Shown here: positions 10,894 through 21,600 of the stretch, piece by piece
Layout: each line of letters begins with the position of its first letter
How positions within the stretch are numbered: the first letter of the stretch is position 1
Assembly (NCBI GenBank): GCA_963845755.1
Contig: CAWJTV010000034.1
Location: forward strand, 224,001-288,000
Direction of reading: 5' to 3'
Length of the DNA stretch: 64,000 bases
DNA from: an uncultured Planctomycetota bacterium
GTDB lineage: Bacteria > Planctomycetota > Planctomycetia > Isosphaerales > Isosphaeraceae
The notes under the pieces: generated by a model
What the model was told of the DNA's origin: nothing
Databases searched by the model: none
What the model saw: only the letters and a program-made list of their open reading frames with translations
Program-made: the position numbers and the translations under genes

Positions 10894-11988
10894 GTGCCGT
10901 TCGAAGAGTGGGTCGTCTCACACGCGAAGATTTCGACCAAACCCCACCGGTCCGCCAAGATGGAAGATACACTGACCTTCTTCCACCAGCTCTCGACCCT
11001 GGTCGGCTCGGGGACCCCCTTGCTCCAGGCCCTCAAGATCGCAACGGCGCAATGCGAGAGCATCAAGCTACGGGAGGTCCTGGGTGAGATCGTCTCGAAG
11101 GTGTCGGCCGGCAGCAGCTTCCACTCGGCGGCTGCCGCCTTTCCTCAGGTCTTCGAATTCTCGTGGCTCGAGGCAATCCGAACCGGCGAAGTGACGGGAA
11201 AGATGGCCTCGGTGCTCACCGAGCTCAGCAAACAGATCCGCGAGACGCGCGAGACCAAGCGGAAGGTCAAGGGCGCCCTGATGTACCCCGTGATCCTGAT
11301 TTCGGTGGCCGTGATCGCCGTGACCCTCATGCTCTGGCTCGTCGTGCCGGTCTTCGCCAAGATGTTCAAGGACATGGATGCCCAGCTTCCCGGCATCACC
11401 CAGTTCGTGGTAGACATGTCGAACTACATCGTCCAGTACGGCATCTACGGCGTGATTGCGATCGGCGCCGCGATCTACGGTTTCAAGCGGTTCCTCAATA
11501 CCGAGTCCGGGCGCCGGTATGTCGGCGGCACGCTCATGATCCTCCCCACGGTAGGTCAACTGATGGTCGAGATGGCGATGTACCGCTTCGCCTCGAACCT
11601 CTCGCTGCTCCTCAAGAGCGGCGTGCCCATGATGGAGACGATCAACACGGTCCAGGGCATCTTCCAGAACAGCCCAATTTACCGCGATGCCCTCGCGCGG
11701 GTCGCCGCCCGGGTCGCGGCGGGCAAGCCGCTCAACGCCGCGCTCCAGGAGACCGGATTGTTCCTCCCCATGCTGATTAGCATGGTCCAGGTCGGCGAGG
11801 AATCGGGCCAACTGCCCGCGGTGATGGAGCAGATCGCCCCGTTCTACAAGGAGAAGATGGAGACCATGATCTTGAAGGTCACAAAAATGTTGGAGCCCAT
11901 GACAATCATGTTCATGGGTACGTCGATTGCGGGGATGATGCTGGCGATCTACATGCCGATGTTCGAGATGGCGGGCAGCGTGAAATGA
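10894..11988 (+). CDS. pilC: Inner-membrane platform protein, PilC/GspF family
   Basis: FFHQLSTLVGSGTPLLQAL, GEVTG, KVKGALMYP, LLKSGVP, MVQVGEESGQL, LEP, AIYMPMF. GTG 10894 follows a GAGGGGG RBS; alternative start 10879. Confidence 0.95.
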   Translation: MPFEEWVVSHAKISTKPHRSAKMEDTLTFFHQLSTLVGSGTPLLQALKIATAQCESIKLREVLGEIVSKVSAGSSFHSAAAAFPQVFEFSWLEAIRTGEVTGKMASVLTELSKQIRETRETKRKVKGALMYPVILISVAVIAVTLMLWLVVPVFAKMFKDMDAQLPGITQFVVDMSNYIVQYGIYGVIAIGAAIYGFKRFLNTESGRRYVGGTLMILPTVGQLMVEMAMYRFASNLSLLLKSGVPMMETINTVQGIFQNSPIYRDALARVAARVAAGKPLNAALQETGLFLPMLISMVQVGEESGQLPAVMEQIAPFYKEKMETMILKVTKMLEPMTIMFMGTSIAGMMLAIYMPMFEMAGSVK

Positions 11989-12073
11989 GACCGGTCGTGC
12001 GACATCGCCCCGGGCCCATTCAGGGAGCGGGGCGCGTTCCACGATCGAACGATTCCGCGGCGGAGATCCGAGA

Positions 12074-12576
12074 ATGACGAAGAGAATATCGAAACAACAG
12101 GCCATGGTGATGGACGGCACGACCGCGGTGACTGCGGCGCTGCCGAGCTCCGCCCGGATCGGGAGGGGGGGAAGCTCGCTCGTCGAGATGATCATCACCA
12201 TCCTGGTGCTTGGAGTGCTGCTGTCGATGGGGGTCCCCCAGTTCGCGCAGTCACTGGAGCAGTCGTGCGCGAACGTCGCCGGGGCCAACCTGCGCGCATC
12301 TGGTCGGCCCAGCGGCTCTACTGGCTGCAGAATCGCACATATTCACCCGACCTGAACACGCTCTTGACCGCGAATTTAATCGACCCGTCCCTCACCACGG
12401 CGACCGCGCCCTATACTTACGCCATGTCCAACTCCAGCAGTAGCACGTTCACCGCGACGGCGACCCGCGCCGGCTCGTCGACGTGGTCGGGCAGCTACAC
12501 GATCATCCAGGACGGGACGTTCTCCGGGACCGTCCAGTCGGGTTCGAGCGTCACCATCGAGCCGGGGTTCCAATGA
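12074..12576 (+). CDS. Minor pilin (frameshift near 12295)
   Basis: RGG|SSLVEMIITILVLGVLLSMGVPQF...ANLRA/IWSAQRLYWLQNRTY; resembles the major pilin. Confidence 0.8.
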
Positions 12577-13154
12577 GACCGATGAGATCGGTTCCTGGCC
12601 TTGCCTCTACGGTCCTGCCCGATGGCCGAGGACGGCCCAGAGATCGCCGGTCCTGGCCTCGCCGCGGCTCCGCGTTGCTCGAGGTCCAGATGGCCTTCGC
12701 GATCCTGGGGATCGGTCTGGCGGGGCTCTGCCCGTTCGTCGTGATGCGACTCCGGCAGATCCGCCAGCTCGAACAAGGGTTGCAGGGGCAGGTGATCAAC
12801 AGCCGCGTGGGTGAGGCGATGTGGACGAGCCTGGGCACGGACCGGCGCCAGGGCCAGACCTACTATCTCGTCCCGTGGCAGAACCCGTGGACCCGGAAGC
12901 TCGCCGGCAGCTCAGATCGTCGCCTGGTCCCCCGACCCAGTCGTGGTGGGACGCCTTGACGTGAAACTGGCCGGCATGCTCAGATCGTCGCCTACACGGA
13001 CACGATTCCCAATCCGCCCACCATCCCCTGCGATCCGGGCCCGCTGTCGAACCCATTATCGATCAGCGCATCGAATACCGTGACGATCGTCGAATTGGAT
13101 GCCTCGCCCGGGAGCCAGAACGTGACCGTCTACGTGAACGTCACCGGCCTGTGA
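12573..13154 (+). CDS. Minor pilin, PilV-like (disrupted near 12910-12990)
   Basis: RRG|SALLEVQMAFAILGIGLAGL prepilin motif; ATGA overlap with the upstream gene. Confidence 0.7.
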
Positions 13155-13203
13155 TCCGAGACGACGACCTCAGACGCCCCTCTTGGCGACGACGAAGCAG
13201 GAC

Positions 13204-13741
13204 ATGATGCGACCGTATCGATCCCCCATTCGCTACCGTCGCGGCTTTTCCCTGACCGAGCTGGTGGTGGCCGCCGTGCTGGCCACCTTGCTCATGAGCT
13301 TGATGGCGATATCCTGGGTGGCCTTCGGTTCGACCGGCCCTGGAGGTCGAGGCCCGTGCCCGGATCGCGCAGGAGGGCGTACTCGCCACTCAATCGATCG
13401 CCTGCGACCTCGGCGGCTTCCTGGCCGACTCGCCCGGACAAACCGGCAACCTGGCCCAGTATCAGTTCGTCGACTGGAACCTCTCCAATAGTGGTGTCTT
13501 CCTCCTGAACTTCCAGGGGGCGAACGTGGGAGACACCATCGTCATCACCTATCAGGTCTCGGGGAACGAGCTCGTTCGGTCCAACTCATCCACCGGCGTA
13601 TCCACGACCATCGCCAAGTACGTGACGGCCTTTTCCGTCGTCTCGAATCCGGACAATTCCAGCCAGGCGTTGATCCAGATCACGATCGCCTTCCGTTATT
13701 TCTCGGCAACCTATACCTTGATCGGTGTACCACCCTCATGA
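13204..13741 (+). CDS. Minor pilin, PilW-like (frameshift at 13328-13334)
   Basis: RRG|FSLTELVVAAVLATLL. Removing one T at 13329 joins it to the ORF 13526..13741 frame. Confidence 0.8.
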
Positions 13742-14163
13742 TCGGACCCGCCCCCGTCCGCCCGCGCAGGGGTTACTCCCTGACGGTCGTGCTCATCTTT
13801 CTGATCCTCCTCTTCGCCCTGTGGAGCGCGGCCTCCCGCACATCCTCCAGCTTGCTCAGGATCGAGACGAACCAGGTCCTGCAAGAGACCCGCGACCAGG
13901 GTGCCATGAACGCCCTGGCTCAAGCCGTCCAGTTGCTGCAATATAGCACGCCCTCGGATTCGTCGGACCCCGAGCGCACCCAGTACACTTACGGCGTCCA
14001 AGTGACGGTTACCAGTGCCTCGGGAGCATGTACGACTTCTGACTACACGATTGTCTATACCGCCCCGCCGAATAAGTACCCGTCGAGCTGGGAGATTCAG
14101 GTGTCTGCCGGGTATTACAGCGTCCCGCTGCCCACTCCGGGTGCCAGTCCCCAATGGCCCTGA
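13738..14163 (+). CDS. Minor pilin, PilX/GspK-like
   Basis: RRG|YSLTVVLIFLILLFAL lacks Glu5, as is typical of PilX/GspK; last gene of the pilin run. Confidence 0.75.
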   Translation: MIGPAPVRPRRGYSLTVVLIFLILLFALWSAASRTSSSLLRIETNQVLQETRDQGAMNALAQAVQLLQYSTPSDSSDPERTQYTYGVQVTVTSASGACTTSDYTIVYTAPPNKYPSSWEIQVSAGYYSVPLPTPGASPQWP

Positions 14164-14238
14164 GAGCAAACCGGACGTCCCAGACTTTGCGGATCCGATT
14201 ACAACACGGGCATCCCGCCTCGGCGCCGTCTGGGCCGT

Positions 14239-15951
14239 TCAGGGACTGATGGACAACTGCGTGCCGGTTTTCCGCCGGTAGACGTGAAATGCGTTGACCC
14301 TGGTCAAGGGCTCGTACTCTCGCAGAAGGGCGGCGAATCGCGGATCCTGGGAGTAGTAATCGAGGTAGTCGAAATGCTTCCAGTTGAAGACCATCTTGTG
14401 ATCGGCTTCATCGACGAAGAGGAGCGAGGGTCGGTACTTCAGCAAGTCATCGACCACCGTTTTAAACAGGGATCGTTCTGCATCACTCATCGTCTCGATG
14501 GGATGATAAACAATAGCGCTCTTGTGGGAATCCTCGGCATACATGGCCGGCAAGAACCAGAGGCAAGGATGACGCGAGGCCCAGCCCACATCGCTGTATG
14601 TGACTAATGGAAACGCGTTCACCAATGCTGGCGAGAACGTGTAAATGCTTCCACCCTTCGCGTGGTCCCTTGCCAGCCGGACCATCCGCCCCAGGGGCGA
14701 GTCCGGGCTGTCCAGAATTCCACTCCACTGCCTCGTCTCGTTCACCCGATCGGTGATGGCCAGTACCAGCAGGATCGCCAGGAGGCCCCCACACACTTCG
14801 CCGACGAGCCTCATGCGAACCGCATCAAGTCCGCCCGACTCGAGCGCGAGCAGTCCCATGAGCAGCATCGCCGAGGCGTACGGCGGGTAATAATGATAGT
14901 GATAGCCCTTGTGCTGAATGAAAACGGCACTCAAGAGGCAGATGTTGGCGATGAGGATGACCTCGCAGCATCTTCGGAGGCTCCCTCGGGGTCGCGCGCA
15001 CAGGAAACCTAGCCAGGCCATCATCGAGACCATCGCCCCCGGCTCGCTGATCAAGGTCGAGAAGGAGAGCATTTTATTATTCAAGTACATAGGGCTGGCC
15101 CACATGACCAGTCTCAGATAGGCCGGAGTGATCGCCAGGATGGCGATCGCATAGGTCACGCCCAGGACAGCCACGACCAGGGCCTCCGGCCGAAGCCAGA
15201 CCCGCCATTCCCGGCGCACGCGGGCGAGGTAAACTTCGACGGCCAACCAGAGCGGGACGAAGTGCGGCTTGAGCAGGATGCCAACCGCTGCCGCGGCCCC
15301 AACGACCCACGGCATCACGCCGTCCATGGGTCGGTCCATCGCTCGGCCCGATGCCATCAACAGGTAGGGCAATGTCAGGGCGATCAAAATATGTTCGCGC
15401 TCTCCGAAATCGTAACCGGTCAACGGCAACAGGATGAAGAGCGAGAGGATCAGAAGAAATCGGCGAGCGGCCGGCCGACCCGGCAGGACCCGGCACAGGG
15501 TCCATTGGGTCATCAGCAGCGAGCTCACGATCAGGCCGAACACGATCAGGCGCAGCCCAAGAACCTCCGAGATACCCACGGCCCGCGCGAAAATCACCGG
15601 CAGGAAGTTGAGCCAGACGATCAACGGTGGATTCGTCTCGACCACGTCCACGTAGAGCCTGTCGCCGGCCAGTACTCGAGCTGCGGCGTGGAGGAGCCAG
15701 GCATCGTCGTGGTTCAGCAGACCCAGGAAAACGGGGAGGACGCCGAGGCCAAACACAGCTAGCATTAAGGCCCCGAAAGCCGCTTGATGCGTGCCTTTTC
15801 CCGACGAAATGGGGACTGGCTCCGAATGGTCGAGGTGGCTATCCCGCCGCCTGCCGGAATTTCTCACGAAAGGATCGAGGTGGTTCGTTTCCGAAGTTTC
15901 GCGCATGGGGTGTAGCATCGAAGTCCCAGGGATCTGTAAAGAGGCGCCCAC
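14239..15951 (-). CDS. Polytopic membrane glycosyltransferase, GT-C fold (start uncertain, possibly 15906)
   Basis: First loop NHDDAWLL...LYVDVVETNPPL, FGEREH, LLKPHF, about 11 TM segments and a C-terminal periplasmic domain. Confidence 0.75.
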   Translation of the reverse strand: MGASLQIPGTSMLHPMRETSETNHLDPFVRNSGRRRDSHLDHSEPVPISSGKGTHQAAFGALMLAVFGLGVLPVFLGLLNHDDAWLLHAAARVLAGDRLYVDVVETNPPLIVWLNFLPVIFARAVGISEVLGLRLIVFGLIVSSLLMTQWTLCRVLPGRPAARRFLLILSLFILLPLTGYDFGEREHILIALTLPYLLMASGRAMDRPMDGVMPWVVGAAAAVGILLKPHFVPLWLAVEVYLARVRREWRVWLRPEALVVAVLGVTYAIAILAITPAYLRLVMWASPMYLNNKMLSFSTLISEPGAMVSMMAWLGFLCARPRGSLRRCCEVILIANICLLSAVFIQHKGYHYHYYPPYASAMLLMGLLALESGGLDAVRMRLVGEVCGGLLAILLVLAITDRVNETRQWSGILDSPDSPLGRMVRLARDHAKGGSIYTFSPALVNAFPLVTYSDVGWASRHPCLWFLPAMYAEDSHKSAIVYHPIETMSDAERSLFKTVVDDLLKYRPSLLFVDEADHKMVFNWKHFDYLDYYSQDPRFAALLREYEPLTRVNAFHVYRRKTGTQLSISP

Positions 15952-15990
15952 TTCACCGCGATGCTCGTCAGGAATTGACCGGAATGAAGT

Positions 15991-16838
15991 TCAGCGGGTG
16001 ATCGTGATGGACGTCGAGGTCGACGTCTCGCCGACACGACGTTTTCCCGAGTGTGGCGCGGCGGCGACCCGACCTTGCGGCTTGCCGACTCTCCCCCCAT
16101 AGGTCCAGCGGATGGCCGCAAGTCCGAAGGCCGCCTTCAGCCAGTTGAACGGGCCTGAGCTTGGAACCGGCGACGTCGTTCCACTCGTGGAGCGGAAACT
16201 CGTAGATCGCCTGTTCGATCGCAGGTCGTCCCGTCCCGCGGCGGGCGGCGATCGCCCGGGCGACGATCTCGACATCGAAGATCCACCGGCTGCGGAAGGG
16301 CTTCTCGAAGAACGCCTTGACCTCGGGCGTGGCGCGGAACAGCTTTGCCCCACATTGCGTATCATAGAAGTGCACCCCCAGGGCGAGGGAGGCAGCCGTC
16401 GCGAATGCCCGACCGAGATAATGACGAATGGGTTTGCGCGTGACGGCCCGACCGTGCAAGCAGACCCGTGCGCCGAATACCATGTCGATGTCGGGCCGGA
16501 AGTCCAGGATCGAACAAAACGTCCGGATGGCCGCCAGGGGAGTCGCGAGGTCGGCGTCCCAGTAGCCCACATAATCGGGCCGATCGTCGAAGGCTCTAAG
16601 GAGGCCCTGGCGGACAGCCTCGGCCTTGCCGGCATTCTGTCGCAGGTGGCAGACCAGGAAGCGTTCGCGAGCTTCGCGATGCAGCTCGTCGAGCAGATTC
16701 CGGGTTCCGTCCGTGCTCCCGTCGTTGAACGAAGAGGAATCGTGGGTCAGGGTGCTCCTGTGCGAAGTCCCGCAATGCGCGCAGGTCGAGCCTCTTCGCT
16801 TCGTTGTAACAAGGAACGACGACGATCGCCCGTGACAT
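15991..16838 (-). CDS. GT2 polyprenyl-phosphate sugar synthase (DPM/DPG-synthase-like); frameshifts at about 16727 and 16147
   Basis: VVVPCYNE, V(N/D)DGSTD, NAGKAEAVRQG, YWDADLATP, YDTQCGAKLF, WIFDVEI. Confidence 0.9.
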
Positions 16839-16933
16839 GATGATGACCTCAACGAATATCGGCGAATGTTCCCGGCGGAAGGAATCCCACCGGACTCCCG
16901 AACGATGCCGGGATCGGAGAACCGAGCCGCCTC

Positions 16934-17848
16934 CTACAACGGAGCCCTCAAGGACGCATCGGATCGGTGTGGTCGCCGGCTTCGTCCGGCGACGCTGCTG
17001 GTCAAGGGATGACGGTGGCCCGTGGCCGGGTCGTAAAAATCGGGGGCCACGTCACCCGGCTTGTTTCTGGGGACGATCTCCCCGACCTCGCGCCGGATCA
17101 GCGCCACGAGGCTCACTCCGGCCGAGTACCCCCGCCGTCGTCGGCCGGACAGGGCCTCGATGAGTACCCGACCTTCGCCCGCGAGGATCGTCTCCAGGAT
17201 GGCATTGACCGGTCGCCCGGGCAGACTGACGTCGGTCCCGGCCATGCCCGTCGCCCGGCCGCGCCATCGGCTCCAGGCCCGCACTGTGCGAGCGATGGGA
17301 TACAGTCGCGCGTTGAAGTACGACAGGAGGCGTGTCGTGACGGGCAGACCCGACCACGCACGGCTCAGTCGGTCGGGTTCATACCGCCGATAATGCCCAT
17401 TGCTCTCGTCGTGCTCCGACCAGAACGACGGATTGGCCGGCACGGTGATCAAGAAGTGGGCCCCTGGAGTCGATGCGGCCAGCAGTTCGGAGAGGAACGC
17501 AAAATCATCGGGAACGTGCTCGAGGACATCCATGAGCAGGATCAAGCGGGCCTCCTGCATCGCTCCGGCCACGTCGCGGGGCGCGCGTCCCGAGATAAAG
17601 CGCGTCCCGGGGAACCGGCGACGCGCCAGCGCAATCGCCTCGCGCGAGGGATCAATCCCGACGCAGGCGTACTCCCTCTCCATCGAGGCGATGTTCGCAC
17701 CCGTGCCACAACCGACGTCAACCACCGTCTGTCTCTGCCCCGGTGGGACGATCTGCCGGATCAATTCCCCCATGATCCTCCGGCGGCCGGCGAACCACCA
17801 GTGAGAGTCCTCGACCCGCGCGTGAAGCTGAAACTGCGCCGAGTGCAT
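16934..17848 (-). CDS. Class I SAM-dependent methyltransferase
   Basis: EDSHWWFAGRR, VVDVGCGTG, MDVLEHVPDD, ITVPA, WSEHDESNGHYRRY. Confidence 0.9.
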   Translation of the reverse strand: MHSAQFQLHARVEDSHWWFAGRRRIMGELIRQIVPPGQRQTVVDVGCGTGANIASMEREYACVGIDPSREAIALARRRFPGTRFISGRAPRDVAGAMQEARLILLMDVLEHVPDDFAFLSELLAASTPGAHFLITVPANPSFWSEHDESNGHYRRYEPDRLSRAWSGLPVTTRLLSYFNARLYPIARTVRAWSRWRGRATGMAGTDVSLPGRPVNAILETILAGEGRVLIEALSGRRRRGYSAGVSLVALIRREVGEIVPRNKPGDVAPDFYDPATGHRHPLTSSVAGRSRRPHRSDASLRAPL

Positions 17849-18451
17849 GGTGAATTCCAGACTCTTTGCCGAGGCTCCATCCCGATGCAGGGACTGACTC
17901 CCTCGTTGCCGTGTTCGGTGTTCCGACTTCGGTTTGATGCAGGATCGACCTACGGAAAACCGTCTCTCGGGAATACGGTCCCGCGAAGCGGCCTGGCATG
18001 GTGATCCTCGACGGGACATCTCCCGCCCTACGGGCAACATAGCTCGCGAGATCGGGACTGTCCGGCAATCCGTCGTTTTTTCGAGACTGCCGCGACGAAT
18101 CCGGTGATCGGCTTGCTCCGGCGCGGGCCCTCCTGAGTGCGGATTGGTGCCGCAGAGAACGGACGGGAATTCGCCCGGTGTCCGGGACACAGACTCGTCT
18201 TTTCGGGAATCACGCTGTCCCTCAGCCCGGCTCCAGTGCGAGTTCCCGATGGCCAACCGGACGACTCGCCTCGGGAGGTCGGGTCCGATCGGCGTCCCGC
18301 ACGTCGTTTCCGGAAGAATCGCGGTTTCGGAAAGAATCAAGACAACCGGACTCTCCGGTCGAGAATATGGATGATAGTGTCGGCTGTCGGCGCGAATGCC
18401 CACACCGACGCTCAGACCGGGTACCCCGAGACGCAGGAGGCGAGGTCGGTC

Positions 18452-19174
18452 ATGGGACGGATCGTTCCGCTGATCGTGATGGTCATTCCTCTGGCGGCGA
18501 GCTGCGGGTGCGCCGGCCCGGGATGGTATCGCGCGATCGGGAACCTGCCCGGCGTTGCCTCCTCCGACTACGCATTTTATTTCTTCTGCTCCACGGCCTC
18601 GCAGCTCTACCAGTTCACACCGCCCCAGGTGGAATCGTCGATGCTGGAAGCGCTGGCCGATCTCGGCTTCAAGGTCGAAGAGCCGCCAAGCCATCAGAAA
18701 GATGGGGAGTGCTTGATCGAGGCCCGTGCCCCCGACGGCCGCCCTACCCGAATCACGATTACGCCCCAGAACGCGATGACCAACGTGAAGGTCGCGGTCG
18801 GCCATTTGCAACTCGGCGATTACGAGCTATCACGCACGCTGCTACGCCGCGTGGCCTTGAATTTCGGCACGGTGATGTGCGCTTATAACCCCGTGGAAAC
18901 GACATTGCCTCGGCGGTTCAATGTGTCGCGTGGGATTCCCGCCTCGCCGCCACCCAGGCCACCCGAAGAGATCGAGGGCGACGGTCTGCGTCCGAGCCCG
19001 GGAGAGGCGGCCACGAACCTCGACGAGCCGGCAATCCCCGGCCAGGTCGCCCCGCCGACTATCCCTCAGACTTTGGGCCTCCCCGGCGCCGCGCAAGGAT
19101 TCATCCCGACGCGCGACTTCCCGAATCCACCCTACATGCCCTATGCCCCATTCCCTTACTATCCTCTACAATGA
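18452..19174 (+). CDS. Lipoprotein, DUF3568-like
   Basis: Signal with LAASCGC lipobox; VESSMLEALADLGF...VKVAVG..GDYELSRTLLRRV; Pro-rich tail. Confidence 0.65.
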   Translation: MGRIVPLIVMVIPLAASCGCAGPGWYRAIGNLPGVASSDYAFYFFCSTASQLYQFTPPQVESSMLEALADLGFKVEEPPSHQKDGECLIEARAPDGRPTRITITPQNAMTNVKVAVGHLQLGDYELSRTLLRRVALNFGTVMCAYNPVETTLPRRFNVSRGIPASPPPRPPEEIEGDGLRPSPGEAATNLDEPAIPGQVAPPTIPQTLGLPGAAQGFIPTRDFPNPPYMPYAPFPYYPLQ

Positions 19175-19299
19175 GGATCTTCCCGAGTTGGTGACCGATC
19201 GTCGTCAATTCGAGGCTCGGAGAGGGGCGTGGAAACGTCGATGATACCCACGTCCAACCTGTGACGAATGACCGGATCGAACTGTGCGAGATTTCCATC

Positions 19300-20334
19300 A
19301 TGGATCAGGGCCGCCGTCGCCGCCGCCATCACCGATTTCGACCCGATGTCTCCCTGGCCAGCGACCGGGCCATGATCCTGGATCGGCGGCAATTGCTGTC
19401 CGGCGGATTGACTGCCGATGTCGGCCATCCCGATGCGGCCCATCATGTCGCGCATCCGGAGGCGCACGCGCGCGCTCATGCGAAGGCGCATCCCACGACA
19501 AAACGCGTGGGACCGGCCCAGGAGATCAACACCCAGTACGCCAGGTTCCTCGCCGCATTCCGCGCGATCGAGCAAGCCTACGTCTCGACCCTCAACCAGA
19601 CGACGACCAATACGATCTCAGTCTCTACCACCGTGACGGAGCCCTACGCGGCCGGCTCGCCCGTCATGGTCGTCGATGATGCCACGGTCTTCGGGCCGGC
19701 AGGGACGTTCAGTCCTTCTGTGACCGCGACCGCGGAGGTTGGCGGCATACCCATCGGAACCTTCGTTCTGCTCGGCAGCTCCGGCGACCAGCTCGTCATC
19801 GATGTTTCCAAATCGACCTCGATCCCCTTGAATCCGAACACGATCATCACGGCCAACGTCCCGGTCTCCGCCCAGAATAGCGCCGCCTCGATCTTCCCCA
19901 GTTACATCGGTTCGAGCACGACCCAACTGGCCGTGACGCTGGTCCAGTACTTCAACAACCTGCCGATCCCGCTGCCCCGAAAGTTCGCTCCGGTCCGTCA
20001 GAATCCCCAGACTGGTGCGATTCAGGAATACGTTTACCAGCAGATCGCCAGTGGTCAGGCAAGCAGCCTCAAGTCGGTACTCATGGCGATTACCCTGCCG
20101 ACCACGCCGGGTGGTGACCTCCAGATATACGACGCCGCGGTAAACTCCGCGGTCGCGACATCCCGCCTCCAGGTGCTCGACGGCGTCAAGCAGATCTTTG
20201 CCGGAAAGTATCAGGTCGCGCCCGTGACTTCCTCGACCACAAGCGGAACCGGAACCACGTCGACCAGCACCAGCTCCTCGTCATCGACCGGCTCCTCGTC
20301 ACCGACCTCCGGGTCGTCAACTACAGCCGCATAA
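19300..20334 (+). CDS. Planctomycete extracellular protein with LEPR-xLL-type N-terminal motif
   Basis: RRRRRHHRFRP...LDRRQLLS; Ser/Thr-rich C-terminus. Confidence 0.65.
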   Translation: MDQGRRRRRHHRFRPDVSLASDRAMILDRRQLLSGGLTADVGHPDAAHHVAHPEAHARAHAKAHPTTKRVGPAQEINTQYARFLAAFRAIEQAYVSTLNQTTTNTISVSTTVTEPYAAGSPVMVVDDATVFGPAGTFSPSVTATAEVGGIPIGTFVLLGSSGDQLVIDVSKSTSIPLNPNTIITANVPVSAQNSAASIFPSYIGSSTTQLAVTLVQYFNNLPIPLPRKFAPVRQNPQTGAIQEYVYQQIASGQASSLKSVLMAITLPTTPGGDLQIYDAAVNSAVATSRLQVLDGVKQIFAGKYQVAPVTSSTTSGTGTTSTSTSSSSSTGSSSPTSGSSTTAA

Positions 20335-20704
20335 CCCTGGACGGGAGGCGGCCTCGGCACGCTCGCCCGTTTCCTCGTTGTGACGGAGAGGCCACGAATG
20401 ACTCCGTGTATTTTCGGCCAACTCCGCCCTTGAACGAACGTGACCCCAGGTAATCTGACCTCGACAGACTGCATCCTGGGCGTGGGCTCGGTCGCCTGAA
20501 CAGAACGAGGCCGTCAGACGTCCTCTCGGGCACTTCACCAAAATGAACCGAGCATGGGCATCACATGATTTTTTGCGACAAGAAGTGAAAGTGATGGCGT
20601 AGAGTTCTTTCATGGAGCTCTCGCGGGACATGCCAAATCTCGCCCGTTTCGGTTGGAGTCCACTGGTCGTATTTTCAGTAAGTTCCGTCAAGGGCGGGCC
20701 AACC

Positions 20705-21397
20705 ATGAGCGAGCCGATTGCGAAGACGATCGCTTCGACCCCCGATCGATCGAGAACTCCTCCGCGGGAGCAACGGCGATGGATTCGCTATACACCCAAG
20801 ACGACTCGGGCGTCGTTGAGTTGGGATGAGGGTTCCCAGCGCATTCGGTGCGACGCGAACCTGGTCGATATCAGCGGGGGAGGCGCGGCCTTGCTATGCG
20901 ATCGAGCGCCGGGTCCGGACGAGCCGCTGTGGCTGCGATTGGAATCCGGCTCGACCACGATGGAAGACGTGGAGGCTCGATCCATCGCGATTTCGGATGA
21001 TCCCGCGGGTAAGCGTCTGGTCCGACTCCGGTTTACGTCCTGGGTCTCGCTAGATTCGGTGCTTGGGCAACTGGAGGAACGCCGGCTCTGGCAGCGCTAT
21101 CCGGCCCGCGAGAAACGCGCGCGACTGACGTGGCACGAAGCGGGCAGTCAGCGAACGATCCAGGGTGAGCTGTTGAATATCAGCGGCGGTGGCGCGGCCA
21201 TCATCACCGACGCCGAGCCCACGCCTGACGCCCCGGCCTGGCTGGAGCTGGCGACCGAGGCGGCTGTGATCGACCCGGTCGAATCCAAGGTACTCGGCAT
21301 TTCGTTCGACCCTTCCGGTCAGAAGTTCGTCCGACTGACGTTCGTCGGAACCTGTCCCATCGAGTTCTTCGAGCTGGTCGTGCATGGCTCGATGTAG
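20705..21397 (+). CDS. Tandem PilZ-domain (c-di-GMP receptor) protein
   Basis: Two repeats, each with RxxxR (QRRWIRY; RRLWQRY) and (D/N)ISGGG. Confidence 0.85.
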   Translation: MSEPIAKTIASTPDRSRTPPREQRRWIRYTPKTTRASLSWDEGSQRIRCDANLVDISGGGAALLCDRAPGPDEPLWLRLESGSTTMEDVEARSIAISDDPAGKRLVRLRFTSWVSLDSVLGQLEERRLWQRYPAREKRARLTWHEAGSQRTIQGELLNISGGGAAIITDAEPTPDAPAWLELATEAAVIDPVESKVLGISFDPSGQKFVRLTFVGTCPIEFFELVVHGSM

Positions 21398-21600
21398 GCT
21401 TCTTGACGAGCAGACTCGCGGGGACAACTCCCGACATCGGGCTGCCGCGCAACTGGTTATCCAGACGCCGACGCGCATGCGCGAGGAATGCGCTCGGTTG
21501 CTGTGAGAGGGGAGAGAACCTTCCGCCGGGCGGTTCCAGGGATTAGATTAGTATCGAGCGGTCCCTTGAGCTTTGCCCTTGGGGCGAAAGGAGCTGAGCG

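Noticed and set aside
12897..12993. Imperfect 30-bp duplication inside a minor pilin, as a pilin variation cassette
   Set aside because: The intervening sequence looks like a noisy copy of the preceding bases; more likely an assembly artefact, and no silent cassettes are seen.
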